Below are positions 60,927 through 64,000 of a DNA stretch of 64,000 nt, in pieces (the stretch's first letter is position 1; every line of letters starts with the position of its first letter). Below the pieces are notes generated by a model. The model ran no database searches and was not told where the DNA came from. It saw nothing but the letters and a program-made list of their open reading frames with translations. Source of the DNA: Selaginella moellendorffii (taxonomy: Eukaryota > Plantae > Lycopodiophyta); contig NW_003314281.1 of the NCBI RefSeq assembly GCF_000143415.4, positions 794,833-858,832 on the forward strand, read 5' to 3'. The translations under genes and the position numbers were made by a program.

Positions 60927-63470
60927 TTTGGGGGGGGGGGGGGGCTGCAGGGGGTTCCAAAAGTATAGTAGGGATAGTGAGGTCTAGGAACCAGTCTTGA
61001 AGGAACTCTCTAGTGATGCTTCCAAACTGACTTGGGGTTGAGATTGGGGCCGAAGGGCCTTAGGTGGGAATGAGTATGGACTCGAGTGGTGCCGGAGACT
61101 CCACCCAAGGAAGTGCTCATGAGCAGCTCCCACTCCCGAAAGGGAAACCGATTGCGGTGCTCCCGGCTCATGTGGAGTGGTGCCCCACTTGAGTACCTTG
61201 TGGCTTATTGGTCCTTGCCCTTCCTAGGGGCTTGGGCCTTCCCTTCAAGATGGAAGTGGGGGGGTAAAGGTACCCATACTGGGCTATTAGACCATTGTGT
61301 TTTGCCCCAATGTCCTGTAGCAAGTCTTGCACCCAAGGCTTGGGATTTAGAGGGTCCCATGATCAAGTCTTGTTGTACCAAGGGATGTTAAGAACTTGGA
61401 GGCTTTGTGTGCTTGGCTGCTTGTGCCTATGGGGAGTGTAGCCAAACCTTAAGTCCAGTTTAACCCGGGGAGGGGGATTGAGAGAGAATTGGGAATCTGT
61501 GGATGGATGGCTAATGCTCTGTTGCTCGTGTAGTGAGTAGCTGAAACTAAGTAGGACCAAGTAGGAGCTGGTACAATAGGCGAGAACCTTGGCGAGGGAG
61601 GTTAGCAAAAGCTAAGGCAGTGTTGGTCGGATAGACGAGGTAAGCTGGCAAATTGGAAAGGAAAAATTTGTGGCTTACAATTTGGTATCAGAGCTTTTTC
61701 CTCAGTTCTAGCGAAGGATAAAGGCGGATTGCTGGGAGATGGCAAAGGCAAGGCAGAAACGAACCAAGGTGGAGACGGAACCTCCTCCAGAGCTGGAGCC
61801 TCCGGTCGAACAAGAAGCTATGGATGAGGAATCCTTCTATGAGGAGGACTCTAGTGAGGAAATTTCAAAACATGAGTTCAGTGGTGAGGTTTGGTTGTCC
61901 AAAACTCGATTGGACGTTCTAGAAGGACAATTGGCATAGACCAATACCCTGCTGGAGACTCTCGTATGCAAGTTAAAGCGTGACGAGAAGTGGAAGAAAA
62001 GGCAAAAGATTGCGGATGCTGGTAGAACAAAAGGTGCGGACCCTTCGACAAAGACTGAGGCAAAACCAAAGAAGATCGAATAGACCAAAGTGGAATCAAT
62101 CCTTTAGGTAGTTCCCAAGTACAAACCAAAGCCCCCATTGGCCTTCAAGGGAGTGAACAACTATAAGGTGGTGGAGGATTGGTTTTACAATATGGAGGAC
62201 TACTTCTAAGCATTGCGGTTACCGAGCTCGGAGAAGGTTCCATGTGCAAAACTATACTTGGCAGATAATGCCAAGTCTTGGTGGAGAACGACAAAGGCCA
62301 ACAAAGGATCGGTGGCCACTTGGGAAATGATGAAGGCGAGGATCCATGCAACTTACGTTCCTCCGAATGCTACTCTACATCTAAGATACGAGCTAAGTAG
62401 GCTGAAGCAGACCGGAACCATTCAGGAGTATGTGAATGGGTTTATGGCAAAGAGGATACTTGTCACGGACATGGGGGATATGGATGCATTCCATGCCTTC
62501 ATATCAGGCTTGCAAACCTGGGCTCGCGGTGAGGTGATGCGTTGGAACCCGACCAAATACAAGGAAGCGTTGGATGTGGCTATCAAGGTGCATTTCAATG
62601 ATAACCTGTGAAAGGGGAACACAACAGGGTCAGGGTTCACGTTTAGCAAAGGGGCCAAATCAAGGGGAACGTATAGCAAAGGGAAATTCAAGAAGAGTTT
62701 CTCTAAGAATGAGTCCTCGGGGTTCCAGAAAGGCAAATCTGGTGGCTAGCGAGCAAGTACGTGGGGGAGTCAAGCAAAAAAAGACAAACCCATGAATAAG
62801 AGGGTCAAATCGGTTAGCAACGTGGGAAACAACGTATGCTACAATTGCGGTGAAGCAGGACACTTTTCGAGGGAATGTCCTTATCGGAAGAAGGCCAGGG
62901 CCAATATGGCCATTAAGTCGGATGAAATCCAAATTGAGGTATGTGATCCAGTCCCTAGCTCAAAGTTACTCATTACACGAGCAACTTTGGTAGAGAGTCG
63001 TTCATGACATCTACTAGCCCTCCGAGGGAAGCTCGGAGGTAGCTTTGTTAAGATCCTTATTGACACAGGTGCTTCGGATAATTTTATGGCTGCAGACATA
63101 GTCCAGCAAATCGGACTAACGGTGTAGCGGCTGGGCGAACCAAAGACTATAGAGTTTGTTTAAGGTAGCCAAAGCACCGATGAGGTACTTCGACAAACAA
63201 GAGTCGAAGTACGGACATGGAAAGTAGACATGGATTTCACCGTGTTGGACATGGCGGGATTTGACGTGATCTTTGGGATGGATTAGTTCAATCGGTTCGT
63301 GGTAGCCCTGTGTGGACAAGGTAGGAACTTTGTGGTACTAGCAAATGCCCAAGGAAGAAGATCCAGGGTGGAGGCCCAGGATCTAAAGGTAGGGCAATGC
63401 AAGGCCAAAGATTCCTGCTTAAACCTGGTGTCCACGAGAAGGCAACTCACTAAAGGAACCAAGGAAACTC
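60927..63470 (+). mobile_element. Truncated, older copy of the 49-56 kb chromovirus (partial LTR to 61679, PBS 61683-61694, gag-protease pseudogene)
   Basis: High similarity to the reverse complement of 53400-55920; TGGTATCAGAGC PBS; many C>T stop codons. Confidence 0.92.
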
Positions 63471-64000
63471 TATTTCGTTAAAGTGGGAATTGTCATTATC
63501 CCACTTGTAAAATAAGGTTTCCAAACCTTTATATAGTATATAAATATAACAAAATTCAACTGCATTGAGGCACATGCCATTTTATTTTAAACAAGGAAAT
63601 GTCTACTCAATCACTTCTCCTCCCCCTGCCACTGCTTCACCTCTCTCTTCTCCTTGTCATCGTCGTCCAATTTCTTTCCATCTTTTTAATATTGGCTCAG
63701 TTGCTCCGAGTCTAGGTGGAGCCCAAGTCCCTATTCAATCTTTACTTTCCCCTTATTAATAAAACAACTTCGTAGACTTCCAATAACATGCTGTAACACT
63801 TCTAGTATAATGCAAATCCTCTCAAAGAATTGTCTTTTAATATTAATACAATGGCATGGAACCCCATGCCATAATAAGTTACATTTTTAAATAAATACAT
63901 GCCATCTCAAACTGTTATTTTTTGCCTCCAACGCCTATACAATAATCTTGGAATTTCATCACTCTCCACACTATCAGGATTTAAACCCAATAGTAATGCC

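Overview
Compact plant nuclear DNA, most likely the lycophyte Selaginella (inferred from ~50-nt introns, microbial-type terpene synthases and the many PLS-class PPR genes). Positions 1-13.6 kb and 22.6-42 kb are gene-dense: PPR genes and pseudogenes, ARL2, two intronless microbial terpene synthase-like (MTPSL) genes, TORTIFOLIA1/SPIRAL2-like, a ZIP transporter, SKP1-like, a duplicated 2OG-dioxygenase / DAO-family oxidoreductase module (only one 2OGD intact), NSN1 GTPase, an S40 senescence regulator and UPRT. Positions 13.8-22.6 kb and 42-64 kb are repeat-rich: a hAT element with an 8-bp TSD, a full-length Ty3/Gypsy chromovirus nested in an older Gypsy, a second truncated copy, and a decayed Copia-like element. 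Three observations stand out. (1) The chromovirus integrase is interrupted by two short GT-AG spliceosomal-type introns whose removal restores the conserved HPQTDGQTER and RFAGPY motifs, which suggests splicing-gated integrase/chromodomain expression. (2) A 101-bp TGTT...AACA LTR-like unit contains a 5S rRNA Pol III internal promoter segment (Cassandra-like) and sits in front of a Copia-like coding remnant. (3) A candidate terpenoid gene neighbourhood combines MTPSLs, 2OGDs and a microbial-type FAD oxidase.
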